Part shown: one piece after another, positions 14,701 to 28,889 of the stretch | How the letters are laid out: every line of letters begins with the position of its first letter | Position numbering within the stretch: position 1 is the first letter of the stretch | Source: Bugula neritina | Lineage: Eukaryota > Animalia > Bryozoa | Direction of reading: 5' to 3' | DNA: 64,000 bases | Assembly (NCBI GenBank): GCA_964035545.1 | Contig: OZ037765.1 | Span: forward strand, 26,597,504-26,661,503 | The notes under the pieces: generated by a model | Database searches by the model: none | Told to the model about the DNA's origin: nothing | Seen by the model: the letters and a program-made list of their open reading frames with translations, nothing else | Program-made: the position numbers and the translations under genes

Positions 14701-17700
14701 TTTTTAGGGAGATGAAAGTTCAAGCAGTAAAGTTGCCCTTGCAGTATGTGAAATTCAAAGGTAAATGAATTTTATTGCGATCACTGCAACAGTGCAAGTC
14801 TATCACATTTACCATTAATAGTACCCCCCCCCCCCTTCCAGGTTATAGAAAAGATGCTGCTGTTGTATTCTATAGTTATTACATATAGCCATTGGATAAT
14901 CATTATTGTACCTGAAGTTGAATTGAACATGTCATCATTACTACCTCTATAAATTGTATAACTTATATTAATTGAGCAGAGCTCTTCCCAAAGCAAGAGT
15001 GCTGTACTGCAGTGCAACTGGTGTTACTGATGTGAAAAACATGGCATTTATGGAACGTATGGGCCTTTGGGGAGAATCGTCTGCATTCCAGACATATGAA
15101 GAGTTTTTGGATACAATTCAAAAGAAAGGGCTGGGTGAGAAAATTAAAAGAAATTTCCAGATATTTCTACCCTCATGAAATACAATGAGTGGATTTGATT
15201 GCATGAAACTATGCTCAGTAGTTTAACTAATTACTGCCTACTTTCAATTCCGTATTAAATATGAACTAGAGAAATTAATGCTGGAGAACGCAACTCCAAA
15301 TTTGCACAGTTTAGGCTATTTATAAAATCGAAATTTCTTTTTAAGTTGGTGTGTAATATTTTTTATGTGCACTATATTTTTGGTTAAATGTTATGCATCA
15401 TTGATATAGATATTTATAGCTTTAGTCCCATATCTAGCTGCTTGCTAAATTAAACATCGTCATTAAGTAGTTCTTTGTAATATCTCATACCTCATCATGC
15501 ATGTGATACAGGAATAGCTGAGATGCTAGCTATGGATATGAAGAGAGACGGTCTGTATGTATCCAGAATGCTCAGCTTTTCTGATGCTCAATTCTATAAT
15601 GTTGAATGTAACCTGACAGATGAACAGAAGCTGATATACAACATGGCCGCTCATATATGGTAACTTTATGTGTGAATTAGTTTTACAACATTATGCAAAT
15701 TGTAGTATTTATAGCTGGAAAAGATCGCATAATTTAATGGTATTTATTGTTTTTAGGAATGAAGTCAGAAAAGCGCTGACTGTAGCTGCTTACAGATGTC
15801 GCTCTACCAAATCTCACAATAAAATGTTTTGGTCTCAACATCAAAGATTCTTTCAGCAAATGTGGTATGTTAATTGTGTTGCCTTAGCTGTTCATTACAT
15901 GTATTTAGTTATTTTTTATTTTTCTGTTTTGTGCTTATCATTTATATATATAGTGGCAACATTACACATGCATAATTTGCTGCGGCATCTAACGGTTATT
16001 TTATTTTTGCCTATTCAGTATCCACGATTAGCAAAGTTCTGCAGTGATATTAAACTATTTTTATTCTTAGTTTTAGCATTTCATGTCTTGTCATTTGCAG
16101 CATATCTATGAAAGTAGACATGATTGTAAAAGAAGCGAAAGCGGCTCTGGAGGACAATAAATGTGTGGTAATTGGTTTACAGAACACAGGGGAGGTAGGA
16201 TGTTGTGCTGCATCATTCCCATAATAGGTTTTCTTACTCTGATTGTATCTGTAGCCATGCTATGCAGCGCTCAATGTTGTAAGGTTCATCGTTCATTTAT
16301 TTGCGCTGCAGTTTGTATTTCATGAAGCACCAGGTTCGTCTTAAGAATTGTTAAAGAACAAATATTTGTTATTCCTAAAGTAATTTATTTTGATTCTACA
16401 GGCCAGTTTGGATACTAAGCTTTCTAAAGGAGGACAGATAAACTGTTTTATATCGACGTGTCGAGAGATTTTGCTCAGTTTTTTGAAGACTCATTTCCCA
16501 GTAGAGATTGAATATAAGGCAGAGTCAGGTCTGGCTATGGCTCTGCAGGCTAAGAAATATGATGAGTGGTCAATCAGGGCTAGAGATATTCTGATAGAGT
16601 TTGCTAATCAGTTGACACTCCCTGACAGGTGAGCTCTAATTACTGACACAATACTCACAGTGGCAGTAGCAGCAGTTGTAGTACTAGCAGCGATAGCATC
16701 CCTAGTCCTGTATATTTGTTTGTCATACTTATTCCATCATTTGTAGTGCCCTTGATGCGTTGATAGACAAATTAGGTGGACCTACCCAGGTGGCAGAGAT
16801 GACTGGAAGGAAAGGCAGGATAGTTAGATATAGCCCTACAGAAAGGCCCCAGTATGAACTGAGACAGTCTACCTGTGTTTCCGATCAGAGTCTGAATGTC
16901 TCCGAGGTAAAAATCCCTCATGGATCATTTTACTTTGTTTAGTACACACCAGCAAATTATGACCAACAATTGAAATAGGTTAAAAGTCATAAAAATTTAA
17001 CAGGTTGTGATATTTTTTATGATTATTATAAATATGTATAGGATAAAAGGCTGAAAGGGAAACCTGCAACAATGAAGTACATTCAATTGCTATATTGGTA
17101 AATTAAATATAGTTGCGGACCACTATGAGAAACCATACCGGCTCAGCATATCCCAATTTACTAAGAAATTAAGAAAAATATGGGAAGTCAAGCAAAGTTA
17201 GAAAAAAAACTTTAACTGTTTAGTTGTATTTTTTAATATTCTATTAGTTTAGGGCAAAAAACCACATATATTAGCAGCTAAATTGTGAAAAATAGCCAAA
17301 AACTGGAGATGTTGAGTATGTAATAAATTAGGTAAGATGACCCTCGTACTGTCTCATTTGGCATCAGTTCATGTAATGATAGAATATTATTTCCCCTTGT
17401 CAACATATCTGCTGGACTTGTAGCGGGACATGTTCATGAGTGGGAAGAAACTGGTGGCTATTATATCAGATGCCGCTAGTACTGGTATATCTCTACACGC
17501 GGACAAAAACTGCCCTAATCACCGGCAGCGTGTACATATAACTCTGCAACTACCTTGGAGTGCTGACAAAGCGGTGCAACAGCTGGGCAGATCTCATCGG
17601 TCTAATCAAGCTAGGTTAGTGACAGTCAACTTACCAACTTAGTAACTCACTTTAGTAAATAGCTTATTCAACTAGTTACTCATTCTTATGTATTTTGTTT

Positions 17701-20700
17701 CAATCGAATCTGGTTGTTCTAATATACATTGTTCATTATTTTACTTTATAGGAATTTTTATAATAATATATGTTAAAAGTGTAATTGATGCTTATTATTT
17801 TCTTATTATGTGAGTTATCTGCAGGCTGCTGATATTGTGATTAGATGAGAAGCTTCAATATTTTGTGTCACGTATAATATAACATCTGGTGAAAATGTAT
17901 TTCAATGTAGTTTAAGGTGTTGTTGGCTCTTTATCAAAATGAATTTAACTCGCTGACAGCCTGCTAATAAAAACACGCGTGGGTTTATAGTTGCCACCCC
18001 TGTGAGAACCCCTGATGGGGAAATGTTTTAAGCAGGCTAAGGACCTGTTCACTATTCTGGTAGAGGAACAATTATGACTAATTTATAACTTGTGTTGTTG
18101 GCTCTAATAAACAAGACAACCTGCTAGTAACTTGATGAAATTCTATTGTAGTGGTCCAATATACAAGTTAGTTACCACTGTGCTGGGTGGAGAGAGGAGG
18201 TTTGCTGCCTCCGTGGCTAAGAGATTGCAGTCTCTAGGAGCTCTTACTAAAGGTGACAGGAGGGCTGCCACTGGTGCCGACCTTTCCATGTTCAACTATG
18301 ATACAGTATATGGTAGGACCGCACTGAAGATCATGTATCAAGCCATCTGTAAGGTTAGTAGTTGGTGGGGTATAATAACCTACTTTGAAATTGTTTGTTT
18401 TGTCATGTTATATTTAGTCAAAAGCGAAAGGAAAAAATACATGTAGCAGAAGAAGAAAAATGTTGATGCTGAGGCTCTATAGCACAATGCATGAATGGTT
18501 GAGTATGTGCATTAGGAGCAAGTCAGTTCATTACATTGTTTTCATCGCAGTCAGTACAAGGTGATTCATTGGTTATAGCCTTGTTTAGAATATTTAAGGT
18601 CTGATATCTAAATAAATATAGTGAGCTAGCTTGTGACATTTATTTCTAGGGAAAGTTGGCCGGTAAAATCTCACTGAAACATGTCACTGGTGGTCTGTTT
18701 ACCCAGGAAGAGTTTATTCTTCACATGCAGGTATGGAGTGAGTGTCAATGCGTTGCGTGCTTGTTGATTGCCAGGTTATGTGTTGTGTACATGTGCAAAT
18801 ATTCTATTGTCAGAGCTGTATAGTAACCATGGGATTTGTGACTGAGAGGGAGATGGCTCAGGGCATTCAGGTGCCGGAATCAGATAGTAGAGATGTTGGT
18901 AGATTCCTCAACAGAATTCTGGGTCTTCAGGTGGTGTTTCAGAACTTGGTAAGTGGTTGACTAAATATATCTTTATAGATAAATTGTGAGCACTGTTAGC
19001 ATTGTTGCTACTTGCTCATGTGCACAAACTCTAATCAACTTTATGCTTTCTTTTTACTAAAGCTGGTTGAGCAGTCGTAAGCATCGTGGAAACGGCTTTT
19101 GAGTATCGACCAGCTTTGAATGATAACTAAATCACACAATACCTAACTGGTTGTTATTTCCTTAAATAGACTGAACTTGACTCATTGAATTAGGCTTTGT
19201 GAAACTTAAACCAGTCAAGTTGTAAGCACCTTTCCTTAATGTTAATGACAAGTTTTGCTTCAGTCTGAACAACTTGAAATAGTGATTCTATGAACATCTC
19301 AAGTATTCAATACACCAACTGCTGTGGAAAATCCCAATTGTGACTCTAAAACCTATATATTGCTGTTTATGAATGTTTGGTATGATGAAAATAGTTAGAG
19401 AGAAATAAGACTCGCTAATAATGAGCTGTTGACTAATTGCTAATCAACACGTTTTCAGTAAAATATTATGAATCTAGTATTTTTGTTAGCATATTGTTTG
19501 GTCTGAACAAACCAGTATTTTGTAATTCTTCAGTTTTCTTTTAGCATATAACTGACACATTGAAGCTGCAGTTTCAAAATGGGTATACTTTTTAGCATTG
19601 CAGTGTTTTCACAAGTTTTTTGTGATATAGAGATTCCATTTTAAACTCACTTTCCTTCTATACACACCATCATGCCATGCATTTACTGCAGTTATATCAA
19701 GTTGGCTCATAGTACTGCATGTTGCAGATATTCAACTATTTCATTGCCTGTTTGGATGGGGTTATTACTTCTGCCAAGAAGGAAGGAAAGTTTAATGAAG
19801 GATTTGTTGATCTGACCGGTAGTTCCATCACTCAACAAGATGAACCAAAGAGTGTGTTCACGGCACTTTGTGATGACTGCAAGTTAGTCAACTACTACTA
19901 TATTTAGCTGAGTTATGAAATGCTAAACTTCACTAGTTGATTAAATATATATAAACCATCCAGCTACTGGAAAATAATTACAATAAGACAGCAAAAGCAA
20001 TGCAAGAGCTATAACTTGCTAAAAACTATTTCAAGTTTTATTTGCTTATACTCTATAGCTTAAAGTTTTGAAAACTGTGGGATACCCAGTCTTGGGAGTT
20101 GTCTGTTCTCAAACCTCATTGAAGTACATAAATAATTGTAGCTTAATGTTCTTCAACTCTGAGAATTTACTTTAAATCTCGTACAAGGGAATTCAGGGTT
20201 ATCTCCTCTCCCTATATTACTACTACATACCAGTATTATTCAACAAGTTACATAATAGTGTCTGGCACTCTATGATATGTACCCTGTGTGTCATACTATG
20301 CCTTAATATAATACAAGTATATGGTGGTTTACTCTATAGCACCTAGATTCTAGTAGTGTATATGCTATAACACATGAACACACAGTATTGCATGATACAG
20401 GCAGGTCAAGGTGCTGGTGGACAGAGGCATGTCATGGTCTACCGCTCTCAAAAGGTTCCATTCGCTAAGGGGAGACGATCGTCTTGCTGGTTTTTACAAG
20501 ACTCGCAATCCCATGCACAACAAGTACTTCTACCTTCTGGTGACACCACACACTCACACTCACTACAAGATTGCTAGGTTTGTGTTTCGTGGCTCTCACC
20601 TGCGCTTATATGAGGCTGTATATATCTACCCAAGTCCTGAATACAGGTTCTTCCCCCCCCCCCCCGCATCGGTTTTGCTTTTGTACTCATCTAAAGTTTG

Positions 20701-22923
20701 AAATACTTGCAATGGCCTTGCATTGTTTCAAATATATTATCCAGATGCATTTATAGTTGCTGATTTCAGTCATCACAATAATGTGTGGGTTTAGTATGTC
20801 AAACTGAAGGAACTTAGTACAGCTGTTTGTGTTGCCCGTTGACAGGCCCAACACTGGTGTGAATGTGCAAGAACTGGACAGTGAGGAGTTGCAACATAAA
20901 TACCAGATGGTCAGTTTAGAGAAGGCGGGTGAGTATTTAGGTTAGGCCTAGATCTGTTGGGTTTAAATGGCAGTCTCCTGTTTAAATGAATGTCTAACAA
21001 GGCTGATAATAGACTACAATTATTTATCATCTGTCAGGATTTAGATATGGTAAATGTTCTTCTTCCAGTACTTTGATTGGGCTTTATATATAATATTATG
21101 CCTAATCAGTATGTTACATACAAAGTATATAAATTTTATAAGATTATAGTTGCTACTGAATGCATATTATGCCGTAGATTAGTTGAGATAAATCTCACCC
21201 TGTTATTATCCCTTGATAAATGTACATTTGCATAATTCAACTATGTACTTATTCTAAAATTTAAACATGATTTATTGTAGAGGTGGAATGGAAGAAGATA
21301 TATGAAGAGAGACTGTATAAATGTAACCATGGCAGTCACTGTAATAACCCCAGGTATTGTCAAGGTGAGTGAGCAGCTAGTGTTACTTGTTTACCAAGTG
21401 TAAATATGCTTAGTACTTTGTCTGTGGTTATCTTGCTGTAGTATGTATACAATAGTTGATAGTGAAGAGATAGGGAGTATAATTGGCATAAATCACTGGA
21501 ATAGCTTGCATATAAGGTCTATAGCATTATTTAAGTACATCTGAAGTACTTGTAATTTTTTTTGCATATAATGGAAATATCTCGATTCGGCCATCATCTG
21601 CTCTAATTTTAAAAGAAGGCTGCATTTTTTAATGATGTAAATAGAAGCTGCATTGTACTTGGACATGTGCTAGAACCTATTAAGTGTAAACCCGTGATTA
21701 GCGTATTCTACACTCATGTGATTAGCATTATATTGACACTTTGCATCGCCCTATCAGTTGGAATGAGGAGATACAGTGTGAACCTCATATGTGGCAGTTT
21801 GATAAGGATACTCCCCCTACTTGAGACTACATTGCTCAAACACGGCCTGAAACTAAAGCTAAGGTATGATATCATCCTTTCAGGTCCAAAGGCTGGTTTA
21901 ACTGTTGCAGTTTCAATTCCTCACATATGTTTTAAATATAAAACCACTCTTATCTCACATAATATTTAAATTTGAATAACAAAGCTGCACTTGTGCCTTG
22001 TAAACAACTCGAGTATTATCAGCTCACTTATATACTATATGAAAAGTTAGATGGGGTACATGTAGTAGGCAGTTGATTTTGTTTTCAACTTTTTCAGCAA
22101 ATATGATGCGGCAGTAAAAGTAGTCAGGGTACGCTTGGACAATGGGGAACGGCTGATAGGATTTCAATACCCTGAAATACTAATGCCATTAGCTGAAAGA
22201 GAGGCAAGAGCAGTGGCTCTTGAAAATAAGGTACATTCCACACTGACCACGTCATCTATTCCTATGTTAGATGACAACTCCAGTCACGAAATGAATATTT
22301 ATTGTCATTTTTGCATGTTTGAGTTCAAAACAAATTATTATGGTGTTATCACCAAATTTGACTTAAGTGCAACTGTTTTATACTAATTTTTATATCGGCA
22401 TAAGTACAGTAAGACAGTCATGTGAGGGGTTACAGTAATCGCATACAAATATTAAATACGATAGATTGCAGAGTTTATGTGGTTGGTTATTTATACACAT
22501 TGTATACTAAACAGAAATGGTATAAGGAACGAAAGTGGGTAGTTCAATATAATACGCCTTCATGCTTGAATACAATTTGATGTTTTGTTGTTTAGTTAGC
22601 ATCTATTTTTGTAGACTTCTCTGCTTAGCCATTTCTCACAGACTATTGAGCCAATATCTCCCGTCTTGAAGAAAATGTATCTCCGTGCAACAACTCCACC
22701 CCCCACAATCAAGTCTTACTTCACCAGTCTAAAACCGACCTCAGAGTCATCTTCTACTGCAAAGGTCAAGGTTGCTAGTAAGTCTGATGGTACACAGTCG
22801 GTAGATTTCACAGTTGAAGAAGACAATGACATTATTTGTGTGCTGGATCGAACACCCGTGAGTAAACGTAAAACTCAGTCAAGTTTAAACACATTTTTTA
22901 AGAAACGGACTAAGCTATTGTAA
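11747..22923 (+). CDS. SBNO: Strawberry notch (SBNO)-family SF2 helicase-like protein, more than 20 exons
   Basis: Family motifs across phase-consistent GT-AG exons: [117 protein letters not shown]. Stop TAA at 22921-22923. Paralog identity is uncertain. Confidence 0.92.
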
Positions 22924-23707
22924 AGCCAGGTGCTGTTGAGATAATGTATTGCAATATATTGTTTTTACTACTTACGTTTGCTCATGGAACCCTACAGTAT
23001 GCATAATTTATCAGAATTAGATTTTATAAACACTCTAGTAGCAAATTTACTTTTTTATATTTTCATGCAATTTATTTCATGGTATCCTATTTTGGTGATT
23101 AATACAAATATTTAATCAAGTTGTATACACAATTAAACTCAAGAATTTTGAATTTGCTATGTACGCTGTTGCATACTGTTGGCCTTGGTGAAGCTGGTTA
23201 TGTGATGAATTTGAATTACCAGTTCTTTGTACTTATATACTTCTTATGGAAACTGTTTGAAGTTACAACTAGTTCTGCTGGCATTGAGAATTTATTGAAA
23301 AGTAAAATGCATGCCTGCTTCAGAATTCTTCTTTAATTATTTATTCTAAAGTACTCTATAAAATAAGTTCAACATATGTTTATACTTGAGGCGTGTTTGT
23401 CTACACTTGTGCTCGGGTTGTCGAAAGTCTGAGTGAACCCAATAGGCGGGAAGGAAAGTTATAGAGTAAAACTTATGTTTTATTTTTCAAATAAATTAAA
23501 ATAAATGGCTACCATAATATTATGTTGTGGAAATATAAGCACCTTGAAAATTGAAAAACTTAAATATTGTGATAAAAACCAGCAGGAATAATATAAGAAG
23601 ACTCAAACAGTATTATGAATTTTTTTACTGAAATGAACAGTTTGTTTTAAAAACAGAGTTGCTTGCATATAATTGCAAGAAGTTACGTCGGCTGATTGAA
23701 GTTGATA

Positions 23708-26700
23708 TTACTGATTTCTATAGTCGCCCCAGCTGTTCTTCAAGTTGTCAAACTTAAGAACCCAGGCATCCTTACAGGGCATCTTGCTAGGAGGGATAAA
23801 CGGGAATGTAATCTGAACAGCAGAGCCTACTGTTTGATACTTCAGGGGAGTATCATAGCCTATAATCTTTATTTCAGAGTTGGTGGCCACAATGGGGGCA
23901 CCCAGCTTCAACACGTTGTTTTCAGGCCAACTCAGAACAAATGCATACACACTGTAACCTGAAGTTGAGGTTGTTGATTTCTTTTGGGTATACCTAAAGT
24001 AAACAAAGTTATACATTTATAATTACCTGCTAGTAAGAAAGTTTAGGTTGAAGTTTTTATTATAGTGAATCTGCAAATTTAATAATCAGTCAGTCTTCTA
24101 GAAAACTTCATTGACTTACTAGGACATGAGAACATCTTGCACGTTACAAAAATTGATTATCTCACTACGTATCTGGGATGACCATTTAATTATCTTACCA
24201 TATGCCTGGGGTAACTGTATCATTCTGATACACCCACGGCTGGCTGGCATAAACTGCTTCACCATTTACATCAAGCCAAGCTCCCATCTGAGTTAATCTT
24301 TCTTCAAATATGGGAATTATGCGCCCATCATGTGTTGGGCCTACATTGACCAGCAGGTTTCCTCCACAGCTACATAAATATACAACAAAATTACATGTTA
24401 GTGTTTTATTCAAAAGCAGCAACTGTTATCACAGCTCATACAGCCTGCAATGGACGAAAACAAAATTGCATGTTGGTGTCTTCAAAGACGGCTAAGATTA
24501 TTACAGCTGATAAAGCATGTAATGTGGTCAACACAAAGTCTGCACTATATTTACATACACAAATATACACTGCACCGAACTGATAAAATCAAATTGTACC
24601 TTGCTCTGCATAGAATAAAACTCTAGTTGGCATCTAAAGGTTAGTAATTGAACTCTGCCTCAAAAAATATACACTTTATTATACAACAATTTGAACTCAA
24701 CTTTTTCTTACCTGATTGTTTCAGCCAAAGTAGTAAGAAGTTCTGACATAGTGAGGAAATCATTTATATCAACATTCCTACGGTAGCCCCATGAGCCTCT
24801 GTCAATAGTCATGGCATTCTCCCACTTGTGTGTCTGCAGCACACCTGGGTTGTATCTAGGGAAATAGTAAAAGTTAGATATAAGTGAAGTAGCTAATCTC
24901 ACCAGGTGCTTACAAACTTCATAGGACAATCAACTTTCGAGTTGATATCACATTGTTTACCTGTAAACCAAAAAGCTGTAAGTACATTAATAACCAATGC
25001 CAGCGATAACTTTAAATAGACTTGGAAATTTAAAGATCCCAAATTACTAGTTATCTACTGATTGCACATTGAGTTTTGGGATGCCAGCTTCTATTTTTCT
25101 AGAAGTGAGTTTTATTGCGTGCCAAGTCATACTTGTTGAGAGAAATTTATGCAAAAAATAACAAAATTTGCCATGATGTGCCACATATGCACGGAATATG
25201 ACAGAGAAGCCGTCAGAATAAGAACTTGAATATAGAAATAAAATACCTGTCGGCACACGTGAAGTAACCTCCATGTTTACAGGGGCAACCAGTACCCCAA
25301 CGGTCATTGACCACAACAGTGTCTTTAACTGGGCTGCCAACAAAAGTAAAACCCGATTACCTGATATATACATTTTCTAAATTAAAGTGCCAAAAATTAT
25401 AAATGGAGTCTTTAGTTTAAAGATATTTTGATAATTAATGAATTTCAGTATCATTAAAAATTCAGTGTATCTAACCTGATTATGTGCCCTGCAGAAAAAT
25501 GTTGGGAAACAAGAAAAAGGTGTTTAATAAATGAAATGATGCTACTAGTTACCGTGACTTGATATATGGTGAGCAGCATGAGCTACCTGGTAAGCAGTTG
25601 GTTTTGACTTGGAAACTGCAGGGCTTTGATCTAGTGCTGTGTTTTTGTGTGAAAATTTGTTTTTCAGTAGTGTGTTTTTATGGTATTTGACATTCAGTTA
25701 GGGGGGAACTATTCACGAAAAATTCAAATAAATTGTTTCCTATATATTGATAACTGTGTTTAAGCTACAAAGAGTTAGACGTACTGTATGTTTTTTCTTA
25801 TTTTGGTTTCATAATACTGTTTGCAGAGCTTTAAAACCTAAGTTTGTAGCTGTGTCAAGCTGTTAATGGTGCATTGAATGCAGGAAAGGTGTCTGTTAAT
25901 AAATTTAAGGTTGCTGCTGAATATTAATGGTGCATTCAATAAAGATATAGCAGTAAGCTACCACTGAAAAAAAGTTTAAAAACTGATGCAAAAACCACAC
26001 AACCAGTAATTTAGAAACATAGAAATCTTCACTGAGATCAGGAAAGAAATTTGAAGACTAAGGGAACAAACCGATAACTGTAAAATAGAATAGAGCATAG
26101 CTACTAGCTAAAGCACCACCATGCTACAAAAATATATAAAAAAAAATCAGATAATACTAGGTACCTTTCGTTATAAAGCCATGCCAGAAACTCTTTCGAA
26201 GTCCAATAGTCATCACTGGCTTCCCATTCTCCATCTGACCAAATAACTTCTGGTTTATATGTGTTCACAAGTTCGTGCAGCTCAGGTATAGACTTGGCCT
26301 GTTCAGGCGATTCACATACAGTGTTTAGTACTAGCAACAATAAACACATAGAAAATAGCATGCATAGTTTAAGTTAAGTTAAATAATAGGATAACTTACA
26401 TGAGGGAATATTTGAGTTTGAAACTTATTCTTTTTATCCATAATATAGAAAGGGTTATACCATTCAAACAGCGAATGATAGAGACCAAAGGTAATATTAG
26501 TCCTTGCACGAATGGCCTGTGCCAATTCACCTAAAAATAGCAACTTGATAGATATTATCTTGATGAGATTTGATATTGTTTACAAATTGTTAAACAACAC
26601 AAATGGAACATGAAAGTTCTAACTGCTAGAAAACATACCAACAAGATCTCTATGAGGTCCAACTGCAACTGAGTTCCAGTTGAAAGACACATTTGTAGCC

Positions 26701-27779
26701 CAATTACAGTAACCTTCATGATGTTTACTTGTCAGAACCAAGTACCTGAAAGAAGATACTGTATGCACTTTACTTGAAATGTAGGAAAGAAAAGAAGATT
26801 ACCATTACCAATGCCTTGTGAAGCTCAGTTATATGCATACTTTCAAGCTGGAAACAAGTAGTATTAACGATAAAGTGCTAAAGAGAACAAGGCTCAGACT
26901 CAGAGTTAAAGACACTGTGGAGCTAAATATCTGAGAAAGTTAGATGTTGACAAAGATAGTTGGCAAATGAATGCTAGATAATATAGAGATGTTTGGAGAT
27001 GTAGGACAAAGCAAAATAAAATTAAATATTGTCTTATCGAGAGAGATTACTGTATGCAAAACTTCTTGTAAGGTGAAAGCAAAATATTGTTGAGGTTTTG
27101 GCTTTCTTTTGCGACTAAAAAATCAACCCACTAGCTGGGAGCACAACTCCAGTAATCTCTAGGGTCTGCTCCAATACAGGATATTAAAAGTGTAAAAAAT
27201 GTTTCAAGACTCAAGTATGAATACATTAGTAGAATACTAACTACTACATAATTCCCAACAAAAGGCAATAGCTTTGAAACATTTCTCCTTTATATAGAGA
27301 GCTGACGATTGCAGTAGAAATGCATTTATTTTTATGAGGTATAACAAATGTTGCACTTACTTTGCACCAGCTTTTTGAAAAAGATCTGCCCAATGGTTAG
27401 GATCAAACAGCTCCGCTGTGAACATAGGTCCAAAGTCAGCATATGTAAAGCCAGGTTTGTAGTTAGCACGCATGAACTCTCTGTACGATGAGTTCGGTGC
27501 TGAAGATTGCCAGTCATACCAAAACCACTCACTTCCAAAACTTGGAACAGAAAATACGCCCCAATGCAGAAAGATTCCTATCTTTGCGTCATCATACCAT
27601 GATGGCAGTGGTCGAGCATCTAGAGATTCCCATGTTGGGTCATATTTTACATCACCATATTTCCCTTTAGCAGGAGAAGCAGCCGCAAAGTAAAGTAGTG
27701 CTAAAGCTAATGTGAGAGATATTAAACTGAAATTCAATCCAAGCTTGAGTCCAGTCTGATAATGAACACCCAACGCCAT
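23708..27779 (-). CDS. FUCA: Alpha-L-fucosidase (GH29), copy A, 8 coding exons, apparently intact
   Basis: Signal peptide, [42 protein letters not shown], nucleophile motif [26 protein letters not shown]. Exon phases are consistent. Confidence 0.95.
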
Positions 27780-28889
27780 CGTTTTGATAACTATATCTGT
27801 AAAAATAAATATATATCATGTGAATATCAACATTCCACATAATATAATTATCAGTATCAATATGTGAATACATATATTTAATTCAAAATATTTTACTTTT
27901 ACCTTAAGTATAAGTATTAGGTTTAGCTATCTACCTATATCTCAGAAAACAGTAAGCATAACTAGCCTACTTCTTAGATATATTTTAATTTTAGTTCTAC
28001 GTATGTTTGTTCATTGTTGAAAACCAGTTTCAGTTTAATATTTGCAGCAATAGCCAATAACTAGATTTTTACAATAACTATAAGTACAAGTTAATATTTA
28101 GTATACAGTAGCCTATACACCATCAATGCGAAATGCTGAATAGCTTTAAATCCTCAGTTGAGTAATCAATACTAGTAGTGCAGTTGTTTACAATAGATAT
28201 ACAATAGTATTCTGTTAGTAAAACAATAGCCAGCTATCCTTTACAAGAAACTGCAATAGTGAAAATAACACGAGAAGGCTGGAGCTTGAGGTAGGTCGGT
28301 TGTATACAAGGGTTAAAGGGCAATATAGCGCACTGGACCTTGAGTTCAACAGTATCAGTCGGAGTTTAAATTACAAACCTATTTAATTTGAACTGAGATC
28401 GCTAGATGCAGCATATAGTTTGGGATCACTGAGTGCAAAATAGAAATTGTTATACCATTATCACTGTCCAATTGAAACTTGAAATATTGCTTTTAGTTTT
28501 AGGGACTCCCAAACTCCGTGTTACATTAAGCGATATCTATTTTAGCCAATGGCAAATTGGGTTGTTCTATATGCAGGCGGCTGGCCCGACATATAATATT
28601 TTCTGATTGGCTAATATAAGTGTAAGTATAAAAATAATTATTATTAGATTTATATTATAAATATAATCTATGTCATTAATAAATTATAATAATTTTAAGC
28701 AATATGACTTAATTTATATCATTACCTACATAAAGCTTATAATTTATATCATTGTGGCAGCTGGCGATGTAGCATATAATAATAAATGGTAGCCTGTGCA
28801 TAATAGTATGACTATGCATAGATTCAAATAACTTCTCTTTACATTATAAGTACTAGTAGTGCCAATATATCATTTGCTTTTGCCTGTAG

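Noticed and set aside
19876-19890. Apparent GC donor (GACT|GCAAGT) in SBNO
   Set aside because: Canonical AA|GTTAGT 4 nt downstream fits the phase of the acceptor at 20400.
23696-23962. Plus-strand ORF shared with 30345-30629 (also 27472/33554)
   Set aside because: Antisense shadows of near-identical FUCA exons.
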